64,000 nucleotides of DNA. Origin: Octopus vulgaris (taxonomy: Eukaryota). Made by a program: the position numbers and the translations under genes. The notes below the pieces were generated by a model. The model searched no databases. It was given only the letters and a program-made list of their open reading frames with translations, and was not told the DNA's origin. The stretch is from contig OX597843.1 of assembly GCA_951406725.2 (NCBI GenBank), forward strand, positions 8,804,001 through 8,868,000. Direction: 5' to 3'. Positions 62,333 through 64,000 of the stretch are shown one piece after another. How positions within the stretch are numbered: the first letter of the stretch is position 1; each line of letters opens with the position of its first letter.

Positions 62333-62597
62333 GCGTATATATATATATATATATACATGGCCGCGGCCTTCGGGCTAAAATATTTTTAAGGATTTAAGGA
62401 TTTATACATACATATATACTTACATACATACATACTTACAAATGTTTGTATGTATGCGTAAATATGTATATATATATATATAATGTTAATCCAAACAAGA
62501 AAACACAAAAAAGAAACACAAAAAAAAACACAACAACGCGAGGACGTGGAACAAATATAGTATTATTGGACGCTCAGGAAAGAAGGGAAGAAGGAGG

Positions 62598-62632
62598 GAT
62601 CAACGTTTCGAGCGGAGCTCTTCGTCGGAAAC
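62598..62632 (-). ncRNA. Minimal hammerhead motif, second copy of the 51335 family
   Basis: Minus strand: GUUU-CCGACGA-A-GAGC-ucc-GCUC-GAAA-CG-UU-GAUC. U4 is changed to C and stem I is weaker. Confidence 0.6.
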
Positions 62633-62689
62633 ATAGGAGAAGGAAAGATCCAGAGAAGGGAAGACAGAGGAATATATATATATATGTAC

Positions 62690-62743
<54 letters not shown>

Positions 62744-63179
62744 GTACATATGTATGTATGTATACGTACATATGTATATATATTTGTATATATGGAAACA
62801 TACATATGTATTTATATATATATATATATGTATGCATATATCTTTATATATATATATATATGTATGCATGTGTGTATGTATGCATATATACATATACAGC
62901 ACAGTACACACACACATACATATACATATACAGAGACAGCATGAGAGAGAGAGAGGGAGAGAGAGGAATGAGGAACAGAGGGAGAGATGAAAATATATAG
63001 AGAGGGAGAGAAATTAGAAAGAAGGGCCAACAAATACACCACTCAGATTCATAAATGCATAGCCCTTCCCTCATATACCCACCCACCCCACCACCATCGC
63101 ACGCTCGTACACATACACACGCTCATAGGAGCAAAATCGCTGCCGAACCAGTTTAAGCGGAATAATACGATAATACAAT

Positions 63180-63610
63180 AATATTATGTCTGATATTTTT
63201 CGCATCAAAACTCGACGTGCTGACCATCAAAACGTTCCGTTTGTATTTGTTCTAGCAAGAGAACGATCTTGTTTAAAATGGCGGAAAAATACGGCGGTTT
63301 TTATGTCAGATGACTCTTAATAAAATTTCCATTACTGCTAACAATATGGCGGATGATCGCTTCGTCATTATCACGATATTTGCTCCTCTTGCATTCCGTG
63401 TTTGCTCAGTTTTGTTCCTCCCGTACACTTCTTCCCGGCCTTATCTGAGTGTCTGTATGTGTTAGTAGTATCTACGTATTTGTCTGTACGTTTTGATTTG
63501 ATTGTACATCTGTGAGTCGAGTCTGTAGTCTAAATGTTTGGGTGTCTGGCTTGGAGTAGTTTTTCTTTCGTCTTCTTCGTCTGTTAGCTGATTGGCTGAA
63601 TGTGAATGCG
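63180..63610 (+). promoter_or_regulatory. Candidate promoter / first exon, plus orientation
   Basis: CpG-rich unique island with AAAATGGCGG at 63275-63284, AATATGGCGG at 63343-63352, CTGATTGGCTG at 63588-63598, and possible donors GTGAGT at 63512 and 63610. Confidence 0.4.
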
Positions 63611-63927
63611 TGAGTGTTTGTGTGTATGCGCTTGTGTATATATATGTGTGTGTGTGTGTGTGAGACAGAGGGATATGGGGAGAGTTTTAGGGACGCCTTC
63701 TCTCTCGTTAAACCTTGTCTGTGTTTATGATTATCTACATTTCTATATATGTCTCTCTCTTTTCTCCCTTTCTCTTTTCCCCCATCATTTTCTCATTATA
63801 TATATATATATATAATACAAAATGGGACAAGAACACAAAACATTCAAATAGACGATACCAAAAACACGGACGGGTCATTCGAAGCCTCTAATCTTCAGTC
63901 AAGAACCGGATCATCCTCGCAATTTCG

Positions 63928-63986
<59 letters not shown>

Positions 63987-64000
63987 ATTTGAAAACCCCA

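Overview
Eukaryotic, very repeat-rich, non-coding DNA, most likely a coleoid cephalopod (Octopus sp.). This is inferred from the extreme (TA)n/(TACA)n/(GATA)n/(AAT)n load and from tRNA-derived SINEs resembling the octopus OR-type families as I recall them (not verified by search). I find no convincing host protein-coding exon, and nearly all ORFs in the track are microsatellite translations. The real content is: four tRNA-derived SINE groups; fragments of three non-LTR retrotransposon clades (R4/Dong-like RLE, L1/Tx1-like CCHC, CR1/L2-like); one complete non-autonomous Helitron; short elements carrying Penelope-type minimal hammerhead ribozyme motifs; fold-back hairpin remnants inside (TA)n; and a few CpG/motif-rich unique islands, including a likely minus-strand promoter/first exon near 45.7-46.2 kb and a plus-oriented promoter-like island near 63.3 kb. 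The most striking pattern is that each retroelement class sits in its own microsatellite type: R4/Dong in (AAT)n, Tx1 in (GATA)n, and hammerhead/fold-back elements in (TA)n, including the (TA)n carried inside the dominant SINE. SINEs also share 3' tails with two different LINE partners. All alignments and folds were done by eye, and boundaries are approximate unless a TSD or terminal motif is quoted.
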